A DNA stretch of 64,000 nt from contig DAOSLF010000001.1 in assembly GCA_035368605.1 (NCBI GenBank), forward strand, positions 22,877 to 86,876, read 5' to 3'. A model generated the notes under the pieces. The model was not told the origin of the DNA, did not search any database, and saw nothing but the letters and a program-made list of their open reading frames with translations. Below, piece after piece: positions 8,724-18,848 of this stretch. This DNA is from Candidatus Omnitrophota bacterium. GTDB lineage: Bacteria > Omnitrophota > Omnitrophia > Omnitrophales > Aquincolibacteriaceae. Position numbers and translations under genes: made by a program. Numbering within the stretch: position 1 is the stretch's first letter; each line of letters begins with the position of its first letter.

Positions 8724-9853
8724 GAATTGCCGTGGATGCGTTCCCTTTGGTCACCCCGAGGACCGGGTTCGGCCAGTGGGTCCATCATCTGGCGCGCGAA
8801 TGGTCGGGGGAGCGCAGCCAGGAACTTTATTTGTTTAATACGAAGAAACGCCGGATCGACGGATATCCCGGAGCTGTTTTTAATACCCGATATCCGACGA
8901 TCCTGGATCGATCCAGTATTTTTTGGATGACGGTCCGCGGTCGTGCCGAGCTGTCGGATTGTCGCCCCGACGTTTTTTGGGGAAGCCAGGGGTTCCTGCC
9001 ACTGCGGATGCCGGAGGAGGTCGCCAAGGTCATCACGGTCCATGATGCCGTTTATTATGCTTGTCCCGAAACGATGAGCGGCATCACACACTTTACCTAC
9101 CAGACTTTTTTAGAACAGTCGATTCGGAAGGCCGACGCGGTAGTGACGGTTTCCCGAACGATGAAAGAACAACTGGAGGGGATTTTTCTCAAAAGGGAGA
9201 TCCGCCGGGAACTGGATGTGGTTTACCCCGGCGTGGATGATGCCTTTCGATTTACGGAGAAGTCTTTAGCCCGAGAGTGTATCGCAGGGACTTACCGGAT
9301 AACCCGGCCGTATCTGCTTTTTGTCGGGACTTGCGAACCGAGAAAAAATCTTGTCGGATTGATAAGGGCGTTCCGGATTTTTCTTGAAAGAAATCCCTCT
9401 GACCACCAGCTGCTGATCGTGGGCGCCAAGGGGTGGAAGGACGCTCCGATCTATGCCGAGGTGAAACGCCAAGGCGCCGAGGATCGGGTAAGGTTTCTCG
9501 GGTATGTCCCTCAAAAAGACCTTCCCGCTTTTTATTCCGCAGCGGATGCGTTTGTTTTTGTGCCTTTTTATGAAGGATTCGGAATTCCGAACCTGGAAGC
9601 CATGGCTTGCGGCGTTCCGATCATTGCCTCAGATATACCGGTCTTCCGTGAGGTTCTGAACGACGCGGCATTCTTTGTCAGGCCGGAAGACCCGCGGGAC
9701 ATTGCCGACGGGATACAGGCAGTGCTTTTGAATACCGGCTTGCGAAACGACCTTGTCCGGAGGGGGGCGATCCGGGCTCGCGCTTTTTCCTGGCCCCGTT
9801 CTTCCGAAGCGATGCTCGATGTTTTTCGCCGGGTTTTGAAATCTCGCGCGTGA
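8720..9853 (+). CDS. GT4 (glycosyl transferase group 1) glycosyltransferase
   Basis: Start MRIAVDAF overlaps the previous stop (ATGA). C-terminal EGFGIPNLEAMACGVPIIASDIPVFREV is the GT4 EX7E-type motif. Confidence 0.8.
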   Translation: MRIAVDAFPLVTPRTGFGQWVHHLAREWSGERSQELYLFNTKKRRIDGYPGAVFNTRYPTILDRSSIFWMTVRGRAELSDCRPDVFWGSQGFLPLRMPEEVAKVITVHDAVYYACPETMSGITHFTYQTFLEQSIRKADAVVTVSRTMKEQLEGIFLKREIRRELDVVYPGVDDAFRFTEKSLARECIAGTYRITRPYLLFVGTCEPRKNLVGLIRAFRIFLERNPSDHQLLIVGAKGWKDAPIYAEVKRQGAEDRVRFLGYVPQKDLPAFYSAADAFVFVPFYEGFGIPNLEAMACGVPIIASDIPVFREVLNDAAFFVRPEDPRDIADGIQAVLLNTGLRNDLVRRGAIRARAFSWPRSSEAMLDVFRRVLKSRA

Positions 9854-9861
9854 AGAACGAT

Positions 9862-10269
9862 ATGAAAAAGACCATGACTATCACCGCGTTCAACCGGCCG
9901 GGATATCTCGAACAGATGCTGCGCGACGCGGGATCAATGGCGGTCTTGTTTCATGCCGCGATGGTTCGATGGACGGAATCTATCGCGGACCTGCGGGCTG
10001 TTGCTGACCCGGGAAGGATGGGATTGGGCGATCTTGAGGGGGGGGATCTTCGGCGGGGTTCTAAATTATTCGCGCTCCAGCCTCTTTACGCTCGGGCGAC
10101 ACACATCGGTCGGGATCAGGTGACTTACTGTGTCCCGGAGTTTTATGGCATTATTTTTGATGGAATCCGTTTGTGTGAAAGAACGATGCCGGTCCAGTAT
10201 CGCATTTCGCGAAAATGGTCCAACTTGTTCTGGAATGGTCTGCCCCTGGTTTACGATCTGTCGCGATAG
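9862..10269 (+). CDS. hypothetical protein; N-terminus resembles the start of a GT-A glycosyltransferase (possible gene remnant)
   Basis: MKKTMTITAFNRPGYLEQML resembles the xTxxNRPxYL opening of GT2 enzymes, but no DxD follows. No SD is visible. Followed by an AT-rich roughly 400-bp gap. Confidence 0.3.
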   Translation: MKKTMTITAFNRPGYLEQMLRDAGSMAVLFHAAMVRWTESIADLRAVADPGRMGLGDLEGGDLRRGSKLFALQPLYARATHIGRDQVTYCVPEFYGIIFDGIRLCERTMPVQYRISRKWSNLFWNGLPLVYDLSR

Positions 10270-10668
10270 GCTTCTTCAGGCAGATTCTTTTGATGTGTTT
10301 TGGGGAATGAAAGGGGATGTCTCCGGTTACGGGGATGATGATATGTGTCATAAATTAAAATAGATTCACGGAGATTGGTGGGGATTTTATAGCCCCAAGT
10401 TGAAAGTGATGATAGCGGTCCGGAATGAATTATGACCGGCGGTCTTGATGCCTGTATTAAACGAGAAGAATCATGATACTGATAGGGTGTTGTCTACCCG
10501 TGAAATCATGTGGGTTGATTTTCTTGCGGATGCTTTGGAGGACGATGATTTGAAAAAGAAATATTCAGAACCGGGGAAGCGGCGGGCGTATGACTTTCAT
10601 ATCGACAAGATCGTGCCGCAGTGGCTGGAGTGTCTCTCGTGAGATCAGTCCGTTCCGGGGATTCGTTT

Positions 10669-12255
10669 ATGAGGCACTCTTTCAGGTTCATGCTGTCCAG
10701 AGGATTATTTGCTGTTTCGGGTGTGCTATTCTGGTTTGTAGCGGCCCGGTGCTATTCGGTGGAGGCGATCGGTTTGGCATCGGCAGTGATCTCAGCGTCT
10801 TCTCTCATTCTTTTTTTTGCAGGATTGGGAATGGGCCCCGTTTTGGTGCGGTTTTTACCGCGGAGTTCAGAAAAAAAGAAGCTTTTGGCGACTCTTTTTC
10901 TTTTTTCCCTTATCCTGCTCGGTTTGTTGCTGACGGTTTTTATATCTGGCATAAAAAGTTTTCTGCCACAGGCTGCCTCTTTCGACCTCATCTATACCCG
11001 GATCCTCTTCGTCGCATCCGTCATCTCGTTCTTTGTGTTTTACGTACTGGAGGCAGTCCTGGTGGCTTTTAAACGGACCGGTGCGCTTGTCGCGACGGAC
11101 ATCCTGCAGTATTTTCCCCGGATCGTTTTCCTGCCGCTTATGGTCGGGTGGGGAGGGAGCGGTATTTATTTCGCGAATGGTTTGTCCGCGGCCCTCGCGG
11201 TGGTTGCCGGACTTTTTTTTATGCGGGATAAGATGGGCCCCGGGAACGGACAGAGCGGATTCGACCCCGGACTTTTGCGCGAGACGCTGCCCCTTTCGCT
11301 GGTCAATTTTTTCAGTTCTGCCACCCTTTTTTTACCGGGAGTATTAATCCCGCTAGTCATCGTTAGATGGTTTTCCGAACGCGAAGCCGGTTTTTTTTAT
11401 TTGCCGTGGATGATGTTCTCGGTCTACGCATCGTTCCTGGGGTCGGCGACCGGCACTCTTTTGATGAAAGCCTCTCACGGCGAGGACCCGGAACCGCTTT
11501 TTAAAAAAACCGTGGCTGTGACGATTTTTTTGGTTGTCGCAGGAGCCCTTGTTTTTCTACCGTTTGCGCCGGCGATCCTGGGGATCTTTAAAAAGGAATT
11601 TCAATCCGAATCCCTTGTGATCTTGAGGATTCTTTTTTTGTCCATTTTCTTTTTCCCGGTCCACCAGATTTACATCACGCTTTGTAATATCCGCAGGGAC
11701 GTGGTTCGGATCGGGTGGGTGGCTTTCGTTTTTTTAGCGCTGCTTGCGATCTTTTCGATCATTTTGTTTGTCCGCCAGGGTGTCGCGATATTCGCCTGGG
11801 CGTGGTTTTGGGCGAATGTGGTGACGGCAGGGTTTGTGCTATTGCTGGTAACTCTGGACAGGCGGAAGGGTATCCGGAGAAATTTCGACTCATCTCTTGA
11901 GCCGATTGTGTCGAGAGAATATAATAGCCCGGAGGAAAGACAGGGCCGATATCTTTGGTTGGGACGGCAATTCCAAAAAAAGCGGCTTGATTTTCATTGG
12001 AAGAGAAAGTGGAAATCAATGCGATCCAATTTTTTGTCAGAAAAAACTGGATTGGAGAGGTGGCCCATGACAGAACCTCAGCGACATACACTGGTTGCGA
12101 GCGGCGCATTTGTTGTGGTCGGGTGTTTTATCCTTTATCTGGCTCTTTTCGGTCTCCACGTTGTGGATCCCAAGGGGCTGATCCTGATGGTGGGATTCCT
12201 GGCCGCGGTCACGATGATCGCCGCGCAAAAGCGTAAACGCAATCCGTTGCTGTAA
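10669..12255 (+). CDS. Wzx-like polysaccharide/oligosaccharide flippase (MOP superfamily polysaccharide biosynthesis protein)
   Basis: About 12 hydrophobic helices with the typical PST-family organisation (LVRFLPRSSEKKKLL loop). Start ATG 10669. The unusual charged insertion plus extra TM at the C-terminus was not checked. Confidence 0.65.
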   Translation: MRHSFRFMLSRGLFAVSGVLFWFVAARCYSVEAIGLASAVISASSLILFFAGLGMGPVLVRFLPRSSEKKKLLATLFLFSLILLGLLLTVFISGIKSFLPQAASFDLIYTRILFVASVISFFVFYVLEAVLVAFKRTGALVATDILQYFPRIVFLPLMVGWGGSGIYFANGLSAALAVVAGLFFMRDKMGPGNGQSGFDPGLLRETLPLSLVNFFSSATLFLPGVLIPLVIVRWFSEREAGFFYLPWMMFSVYASFLGSATGTLLMKASHGEDPEPLFKKTVAVTIFLVVAGALVFLPFAPAILGIFKKEFQSESLVILRILFLSIFFFPVHQIYITLCNIRRDVVRIGWVAFVFLALLAIFSIILFVRQGVAIFAWAWFWANVVTAGFVLLLVTLDRRKGIRRNFDSSLEPIVSREYNSPEERQGRYLWLGRQFQKKRLDFHWKRKWKSMRSNFLSEKTGLERWPMTEPQRHTLVASGAFVVVGCFILYLALFGLHVVDPKGLILMVGFLAAVTMIAAQKRKRNPLL

Positions 12256-12496
12256 GTCCGGGGATTCGGGTCTGCGGATCCGTTTCTCGTGAAAAAACGG
12301 TTTAAGCGGGTCCCGAGATGCGGATTCCGGTTTCCGGTATTCCTCCTTGTCAAACTCATGCCTCTCCCTTACACTACCGCGGCTGTGAACCCCGTCGGAT
12401 TTTTAACCCGCACTGAGGCGAACGTTTCAGGGAAGAATGGAGTCATGAAATATTCTTTTGAGTTGAATCATTCGGGCCAATGGGAGATTTAACCAG

Positions 12497-13607
12497 GTGA
12501 ACGAAGAAGTTTTCGCCCTCAAAGCAACCCTCCAGGATCTCAAGGACAAACTCCAAGAGATAAGGAGGTATCTTTGACCTCGCCAGCCAGGAGCAGGAAG
12601 TCGAAGCGATAAACCGGAAGATGGCGGCTGCCGATTTCTGGGACTGTCAGTCGGAAGCCCAGACGACCGTCGAACGCCTGAAAATCCTCAAGAAGGTCGT
12701 CGAACCCTGGCATCATGCCGACCGCGCCTGCGCCGATCTTGTCGAGTTTCTCGATATGGTCGATGAAAACCAGATCGAATCCCTGAAAGATCTTGCCGTT
12801 GATGTTCAAAAGGTCCGGCAGGAGGTCGAGAACCTCGAATTCCAGCGTCTTTTCACCGATCCCTTTGATCCGAACAACGCGATTATCAGCATCAACGCCG
12901 GTGCCGGCGGCACCGAGGCCTGCGATTGGGCGCAGATGCTCTTCCGGATGTATACCCGTTATTGCGAACAGCATGATCAAAAGATCCAGATGATCGATCT
13001 GATGGAAGGGGAAGGCGCGGGGATCAAGAGTGCGACCTTTATCGCACAGGGGCCCTACGCGTACGGCTACCTCAAGGCCGAATCCGGCGTGCATCGCCTT
13101 GTCCGAATCTCGCCGTTCGACGCGAACAAACGACGCCACACCTCCTTTGCCTCTGTCGATGTGATCGCGGAGGTTGAGGACACGCCCGAAGTCGAGATCA
13201 AGGAAGCGGATCTCCGGATCGACGCCTATCGCGCGGGAGGCGCCGGTGGCCAGCATGTCAACAAGACCTCGAGCGCGATCCGCATCACGCACATTCCGAC
13301 CGGTATCGTGGTACAATGCCAGAACGAACGTTCCCAGGGACAGAATAAAGCGGTCGCGATGAATGTCCTCCGGGCGCGCCTTTACGAGCGGTACCGGCAG
13401 GAGCAGGAATCCGAACTTGCCAGGAAATACGGCCCCAAGAAAAAGATCGAGTGGGGTTCCCAGATCCGGTCCTATGTGTTCCATCCGTATTCCATGGTGA
13501 AAGATCACCGGACGGACGTCGAGACTTCGAATGTCCAGGCCGTGATGGACGGGGACCTCGATGAATTCATTCACGTCTATCTGAAACAGCACGTGTCAAA
13601 AATCTGA
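12497..13607 (+). CDS. prfB: peptide chain release factor 2 with programmed +1 ribosomal frameshift (join 12497..12574,12576..13607)
   Basis: Frame-0 ORF VNEEVFALKATLQDLKDKLQEIRRYL ends at the in-frame TGA (12575-12577) within AGGAGG TAT CTT TGA C. The +1 frame continues DLASQEQEV... to 13607. SPF motif (RISPFD) and GGQ (RAGGAGGQHVNKT) are present. This parallels E. coli RGYL-UGA-D. Confidence 0.9.
12563..12578 (+). promoter_or_regulatory. prfB autoregulatory +1 frameshift site (internal SD AGGAGG, slippery CTT, UGA-C stop)
   Basis: Sequence AGGAGGTATCTTTGAC matches the conserved RF2 recoding cassette. Confidence 0.85.
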
Positions 13608-13610
13608 GAA

Positions 13611-13640
13611 CCGGGACTCGTCCCCAGGGACGAATCCCGG
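13611..13640. repeat. GC-rich imperfect palindrome CCGGGACTCGTCCCCAGGGACGAATCCCGG (member of the CCGGG(G)ATTCG repeat family), likely terminator-like hairpin after prfB
   Basis: Inverted repeat read directly, 3-33 nt after the prfB stop. Confidence 0.6.
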
Positions 13641-13661
13641 GTGGGTTAAACGGAGGCGGTC

Positions 13662-14462
13662 ATGAAAAAGTTCGCACAACTATTTGTCTTGCTCGTTGGT
13701 TGTTTGGTCTTGTCAGGTTGCCTGACACAGGTTGAGGACGGCCAGGTCGGCGTGAAGATCGATTTCGGAAAGATCCAGGAGCAGCCGCTCGGCGCGGGCT
13801 GGCACTTCTTCGTGCCGGCGGTGACACAGATCGAGATCTGGAACGTCAAGATCCAGGAACTCAAGGAGCTGGCCATGGTGCCGTCTTCGGAAGGTCTGAT
13901 CTCTCAGCTCGATATCTCCATCCTTTATCAGGTCCCCGCAGGCCAGGCGAGCCTTGTCCGTCGCACGATCGGACGCTACTATGTGCAGATCGTGCTCGAG
14001 CCGTATGTCCGTGAAGCGATCCGGAACGTCGCAAGCGGCTACGCGGTGAAGGCCCTCTATAGCGAGGCGGGCCGGAAGGAGATCGGCAAGAACATGCTCG
14101 ATTTCCTGCAAAGCAAGTTGGACGAGAAAGGCATCATCGTGCAGGATGTGCTTCTGCGGGATGTGAAGCTGCCGCCGTCGTTTTCCCAGTCGATCGAGGC
14201 GAAGCTCCGGGCCGAACAGGAGGCCCTCCAGAAGGAGTTCGAATTGCAGAAGGCGAAGAAAGATGCCGAGATCGAGGTTGCGCGCGCGGAAGGTGTCGCG
14301 AAGGCCAACCAGATCATTGGGGATTCCCTCAAGAACAACGAACCGTACCTCCGGTACCTCTGGATCAACAACCTCAAGGAGACGAAGAACAATGTGATCT
14401 ACGTCCCGACCGAGGCGGGGCTGCCGATCCTCGAGGCATCCAGGAAAACAAACACTCAATAA
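13662..14462 (+). CDS. SPFH/band-7 (prohibitin/HflC-like) domain lipoprotein
   Basis: Signal peptide with lipobox LSGC. Coiled-coil AEQEALQKEFELQKAKKDAEIEVARAEG is typical of the SPFH C-terminus. GGAGG RBS precedes the start. Confidence 0.7.
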   Translation: MKKFAQLFVLLVGCLVLSGCLTQVEDGQVGVKIDFGKIQEQPLGAGWHFFVPAVTQIEIWNVKIQELKELAMVPSSEGLISQLDISILYQVPAGQASLVRRTIGRYYVQIVLEPYVREAIRNVASGYAVKALYSEAGRKEIGKNMLDFLQSKLDEKGIIVQDVLLRDVKLPPSFSQSIEAKLRAEQEALQKEFELQKAKKDAEIEVARAEGVAKANQIIGDSLKNNEPYLRYLWINNLKETKNNVIYVPTEAGLPILEASRKTNTQ

Positions 14463-14470
14463 AAAGGAAT

Positions 14471-14498
14471 GGGTCCGGGGATTCGTTCCCGGGACCCG
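14471..14498. repeat. hairpin repeat GGGTCCGGGGATTCGTTCCCGGGACCCG (same family)
   Basis: Imperfect palindrome immediately after the SPFH gene stop. Confidence 0.6.
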
Positions 14499-14559
14499 TG
14501 AATTGCTTTAAAAAACATATCCGAAGGAACCGGCCGCAAGCCCCGATTTTGGAAAAAAT

Positions 14560-17235
14560 ATGATCAATTTCATCCTGAAAAAAATATTCGGAACGCAGAA
14601 CGCAAGAACGTTGAAAACCCTCTGGCCGGTCGTCGCACAGGTGAACGCTTTCGAACCGGAGATCCAGAAGCTTTCGGACGACGCCCTGCGGGCAAAAACG
14701 GATGAGTTCCGGAAAAGGCTCGCCGCCGGCGCGACGATAGATGAGATTCTGCCCGAGGCGTTCGCCGTGGTCCGGGAGGCCTCCAGGCGGACGACGAAGA
14801 TGCGACATTTCGACGTCCAGATTCTCGGCGGTCTTGTGCTCCATAAGGGAAAGATCGCGGAGATGTCGACCGGGGAAGGGAAAACGCTGGTCGCGACGCT
14901 CCCGCTTTATTTGAACGCGCTGGAAGGGAAGGGCGCGCACCTTGTCACAGTGAACGACTATCTGGCTAAACGTGACCGGAACTGGATGGGACCCATCTAC
15001 GAGTTCTTGGGGCTTACCGTTGGCGTCATCCAGCATGACATGCCGCACGAGGAACGCCAGAAGGCCTATGCCTCGGATATCACCTATGGGACGAACAACG
15101 AGTTCGGGTTCGATTACCTGCGCGATAACATGGTTACGAGCCTCGAGGGACGTGTGCAGCGGCCGCTCCATTTTGCGATCGTCGACGAGGTCGACTCGAT
15201 CCTTATCGACGAGGCCCGGACGCCGCTCATCATTTCCGGCCCCGCCGAAGAATCCACGGACAAGTATTACCGGGCCCAGCGAGCCACCCATGTCCTGAAG
15301 GGTTACCGGATCGTCAAGGAAGAGGTCGACCCCGAATGGAAGGCGAAGCTCGAGGAGATCAAGAAGGACTACGATTACATCGTCGATGAAAAGGCGAAGA
15401 CGGTCCGCCTCACGGAATCAGGTGAGGCCAAATCGGCGAAAGCGATGGGGGTCGAGAATATGCACGACTCCGACACCGTGGCGGAACGTCACCACATCAT
15501 CACGGCCATTCGGGCGAAGGAGTTCTTTGAGAAGGACGTTGATTACATCGTCAAGGACGGCGCGATCATCATCGTGGACGAGTTCACGGGCCGCCTGATG
15601 CCCGGCCGCCGCTTCTCGGACGGTCTTCATCAGGCCCTCGAAGCGAAGGAATCGGTCGAGATCAAGCGAGAGAACCAGACGCTCGCGACGATAACGTTCC
15701 AGAACTATTTTCGCATGTACAAGAAACTTGCGGGCATGACCGGTACCGCCGCGACGGAAGCGGTCGAGTTCGACAAGATCTACAAGCTCGATGTTGTCGT
15801 TATCCCGACGAACCGGCCCTGCATCCGCGCCGACCATCACGATTCCGTCTATCGCACCGAGCGCGAGAAGTTCGACGCGGTAGTGCGCGAAGTGGCCGAG
15901 ACGCACAAAGCGGGGCGTCCCGTGCTCGTTGGCACGATCTCCATTGAAAAATCGGAGCAGCTTAGCAAACTCCTCCAGAAGATCAATCTTCCTCACACGG
16001 TCCTGAACGCCAAATACCACGAGAAAGAGGCTGAAATCGTCGCGCAGGCGGGCCAACCCGGTGCCGTCACGATCGCGACGAACATGGCGGGGCGCGGTAC
16101 CGACATTGTGCTTGGTCCCGGCGTCAGGGAAAAGGGCGGTCTCGCGGTGATCGGCACCGAGCGTCACGAGTCGCGTCGCATCGATAACCAGCTGAGAGGG
16201 CGATGCGGGCGGCAGGGGGACCCGGGGACATCGAAGTTCTTCATCTCGCTTGAGGATGAGCTTATGCGGCTTTTCGGTTCCGACCGTATTGCGAGCCTTA
16301 TGCAACGGCTTGGGATGCAAGAGGGCGATGAAATCCAGCATCCTCTTGTCAGCCGCGCGATGGAGACGGCTCAACGGCGCGTCGAGGCGTACAACTTCGA
16401 GATTCGCAAACACCTGCTCGAATATGACGACGTCATGAACCGCCAACGGGAACTTATTTACGGCGAACGCGATCTTGTTCTCAAAGGGACTTACGAGGAA
16501 CTCAAGAAACACATTCTCGACATGTCCGACAACGTTGTAGAGAACCTTCTCCTGACGTATGTGAATCCGGATATCCGCGACGATGAAAAGGACCCCGAGG
16601 GGCTCGTCGCCGCGATGAGGGAGAAGTACGGCGCGGATCTGCGCCAGGCGGTCGATGAGAATATGTACGGGATCGATTCTCTCCAGGCTGAGCTCGAGGA
16701 GAGGGTCCGTGCCATCTACGACGCGCGGGAGAAGGCGTTCGGGATCGAACGGTTTCATTTCCTGGAAAAGTACATCCTTCTGCAGGTGATCGATACGAAA
16801 TGGAAAGAACATCTTTACGCGCTCGACAATCTCCGTGACGGGATCGGTTTGCGGGCCTATGGCCAGCGGGACCCGCTCGTTGAGTACAAGAAAGAAGCGT
16901 TCGATCTTTTCGACGCGATGACCGATGTGATCAAGGATGAGGCGATCGAGCTTCTGTTCCGCGTCCAGGTGGTCCATGAAGAAAAGATGAAAGCCGCGCC
17001 GGAAACGCCGAAAGCCCGGTACCTTCATCCGGATTCCGGTGGTATGAAAAAGACAGCCGAGAAAGTCCATCAACAGGTCGAGCAGGGCATGGAATCCCGC
17101 TTTGCTCCGCGGCAAGGCGCACCCGACCAGAAACCCGAACCGATCCACCGGGAAGGCCCGAAAGTCGGAAGAAATGACCCCTGTCCCTGCGGAAGCGGCA
17201 AAAAATTCAAAAAGTGCTGCGGAGGCAATGAATAA
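14560..17235 (+). CDS. secA: preprotein translocase ATPase SecA
   Basis: Start [19 protein letters not shown]. Walker [19 protein letters not shown]-like helicase motifs. C-terminal zinc-binding [14 protein letters not shown]. Confidence 0.95.
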   Translation: MINFILKKIFGTQNARTLKTLWPVVAQVNAFEPEIQKLSDDALRAKTDEFRKRLAAGATIDEILPEAFAVVREASRRTTKMRHFDVQILGGLVLHKGKIAEMSTGEGKTLVATLPLYLNALEGKGAHLVTVNDYLAKRDRNWMGPIYEFLGLTVGVIQHDMPHEERQKAYASDITYGTNNEFGFDYLRDNMVTSLEGRVQRPLHFAIVDEVDSILIDEARTPLIISGPAEESTDKYYRAQRATHVLKGYRIVKEEVDPEWKAKLEEIKKDYDYIVDEKAKTVRLTESGEAKSAKAMGVENMHDSDTVAERHHIITAIRAKEFFEKDVDYIVKDGAIIIVDEFTGRLMPGRRFSDGLHQALEAKESVEIKRENQTLATITFQNYFRMYKKLAGMTGTAATEAVEFDKIYKLDVVVIPTNRPCIRADHHDSVYRTEREKFDAVVREVAETHKAGRPVLVGTISIEKSEQLSKLLQKINLPHTVLNAKYHEKEAEIVAQAGQPGAVTIATNMAGRGTDIVLGPGVREKGGLAVIGTERHESRRIDNQLRGRCGRQGDPGTSKFFISLEDELMRLFGSDRIASLMQRLGMQEGDEIQHPLVSRAMETAQRRVEAYNFEIRKHLLEYDDVMNRQRELIYGERDLVLKGTYEELKKHILDMSDNVVENLLLTYVNPDIRDDEKDPEGLVAAMREKYGADLRQAVDENMYGIDSLQAELEERVRAIYDAREKAFGIERFHFLEKYILLQVIDTKWKEHLYALDNLRDGIGLRAYGQRDPLVEYKKEAFDLFDAMTDVIKDEAIELLFRVQVVHEEKMKAAPETPKARYLHPDSGGMKKTAEKVHQQVEQGMESRFAPRQGAPDQKPEPIHREGPKVGRNDPCPCGSGKKFKKCCGGNE

Positions 17236-17236
17236 A

Positions 17237-17317
17237 CCCGGGTCTAGAGACTCGTTCCCGGGGGCTCAAGAAGACAAGGCGCCGGACGAGTCCCGGGAGA
17301 CCGGCTCCGGGTCCCGG
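17237..17317. repeat. cluster of CCCGGG-containing inverted repeats (GAGACTCGTTCCCGGG ... GGACGAGTCCCGGGAGACC ... GGGTCCCGGG) after secA
   Basis: Multiple SmaI-type CCCGGG palindromes and the TCGTYCCCGGG motif lie between the secA stop and the lnt start. Confidence 0.55.
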
Positions 17318-17330
17318 GTTTAAGGACGAC

Positions 17331-18848
17331 ATGAAAAAAGTCAGGTTTTTATTAGCTATTGTAAGCGGCATTCTCCTCGCCCTCTCCTTTCCTCACCCCG
17401 GTTGGGGCTGGATTGCCTGGGTTGCACTGATCCCTCTTTTTTATGCGATCCGGTCCGCTCAGAGCGGGCTGTCGGCCTTTGGCCTCGGGTATCTCGCGGG
17501 GTTCGTTTTCTTTTCCGTCTCGATGCAGTGGATGACGCATGTGACCGCCGTCGGCTGGCTTCTTCTCGCGATCCTGGAGTCCTTTTTTATCGGCGTGTTC
17601 GCTTATCTGGTCTACCTCGGGAAACAGACGTCCTGGCCGGTGTTCTGCAAAGTCCTCTGGACGGCGTCCGCGTGGACGCTTACGGAATATGCCCGGTCTG
17701 AAGTGCCCGTGTTCGGTCTCGGCTGGAATCTGCTCGCTTACTCGCAGGCGTCTTGCCCTGTCATGATCCAGATCGCGAACGCGGGCGGCGCTTACGGTCT
17801 GGGGTTTCTGATCGCGGTTGTGAATGTCAGCCTCGCGAAACTTTGTCTTTTTGAGAAAAAACGGAAACGCGGCGTCACAGCGGGGCTTTTTGCGTCGGCG
17901 CTACTCGTTCTTTTCGGGACCTATGCTTATGGCGAATGGCAGCTCGCGGAGGCGAAGCCCGCCGAAGAATTCCTGAGGGTAACGGTCCTGCAGGGAAATA
18001 TCCCGCAGTCCCTGAAGTGGGCGCCGGTCGCGCGAGAAAAGATCATCGAGGTTTATTCCAAACTCACGGAGCTCGCCTCTCTTTCGCAATCGGATCTGGC
18101 CGTCTGGCCCGAGGCCTCTTTTCCGGGATATTTCAACCGCGATCTCCTGGCGGAGGTTGTCAAACGCCGGATCCGGGAACTTGGCGTGCCGGTGTTGCTC
18201 GGCGGGCTTCACTGGGAAAGCCGCGAGGAGGTCTACAACAGCGCTTATTTTGTGGATCGGAACGGCGAGACCGGTCAGCGGTATGACAAGCTGAACCTTG
18301 TTCCGTTCGGGGAATACATCCCGCTGAAGCGGATTTTTTTCTGGCTGACGCCGATCGCGGACGCTCTCGGGATCAGCGATTTCAGCATGGGGAAGGACGC
18401 GGTTCTTTTCCGTTGGGCGAGGGAGGCCTGGCCGTTCGGCACGCTGATCTGTTTTGAGGATGTGGTGCCGTCACTTGCGCGGGAATTTGCCGCGCGCGGC
18501 GCGACCTTCCTTGCCGTGATCACGAATGACGCGTGGTTCCTCGACACGGGGGCGCCGTTCCAGCATCTCCAGGCCTCGATCTTCCGGGCTGTCGAGAACG
18601 GGATTCCCGTCGTGCGTTCTGCCAATACCGGCGTTTCCGGTTTTATCACCCACCGCGGGGAGGTGAGCAAGACCGTTACCGGTAACAATGGCAAGGAAAC
18701 CTTTGTGACGGGGCTCACGACTCACGATATCCCGCTCATCTCCAGGATAACCTGGTATCGCCGTGGCGGTTGGATGTTCCCGCACGCGACACTTATTGTC
18801 TTCATGGTCTTGAGTGTTGTTATGTGGCGGAGAAGATCCCATGGATAA
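17331..18848 (+). CDS. lnt: apolipoprotein N-acyltransferase
   Basis: N-terminal multi-TM region (LALSFPHPGWGWIAWVALIPLF) followed by a CN-hydrolase domain (VWPEASFPGYF, ICFEDVVP). Confidence 0.85.
   Translation: MKKVRFLLAIVSGILLALSFPHPGWGWIAWVALIPLFYAIRSAQSGLSAFGLGYLAGFVFFSVSMQWMTHVTAVGWLLLAILESFFIGVFAYLVYLGKQTSWPVFCKVLWTASAWTLTEYARSEVPVFGLGWNLLAYSQASCPVMIQIANAGGAYGLGFLIAVVNVSLAKLCLFEKKRKRGVTAGLFASALLVLFGTYAYGEWQLAEAKPAEEFLRVTVLQGNIPQSLKWAPVAREKIIEVYSKLTELASLSQSDLAVWPEASFPGYFNRDLLAEVVKRRIRELGVPVLLGGLHWESREEVYNSAYFVDRNGETGQRYDKLNLVPFGEYIPLKRIFFWLTPIADALGISDFSMGKDAVLFRWAREAWPFGTLICFEDVVPSLAREFAARGATFLAVITNDAWFLDTGAPFQHLQASIFRAVENGIPVVRSANTGVSGFITHRGEVSKTVTGNNGKETFVTGLTTHDIPLISRITWYRRGGWMFPHATLIVFMVLSVVMWRRRSHG

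Noticed and set aside
2291-12300. Integrase gene or att direct repeat that would define an integrated element at tRNA-His
   Set aside because: No tyrosine-recombinase-like ORF and no obvious repeat of the tRNA 3' end found by eye. The island hypothesis is kept only as a low-confidence inference.
12540-13592. 350-aa minus-strand ORF antisense to prfB
   Set aside because: Antisense shadow ORF. prfB on the + strand has GGQ and SPF motifs and the frameshift cassette.
14374-17148. Two long minus-strand ORFs (305 and 576 aa) antisense to secA
   Set aside because: secA is unambiguous on the + strand. The antisense translations are low-complexity.
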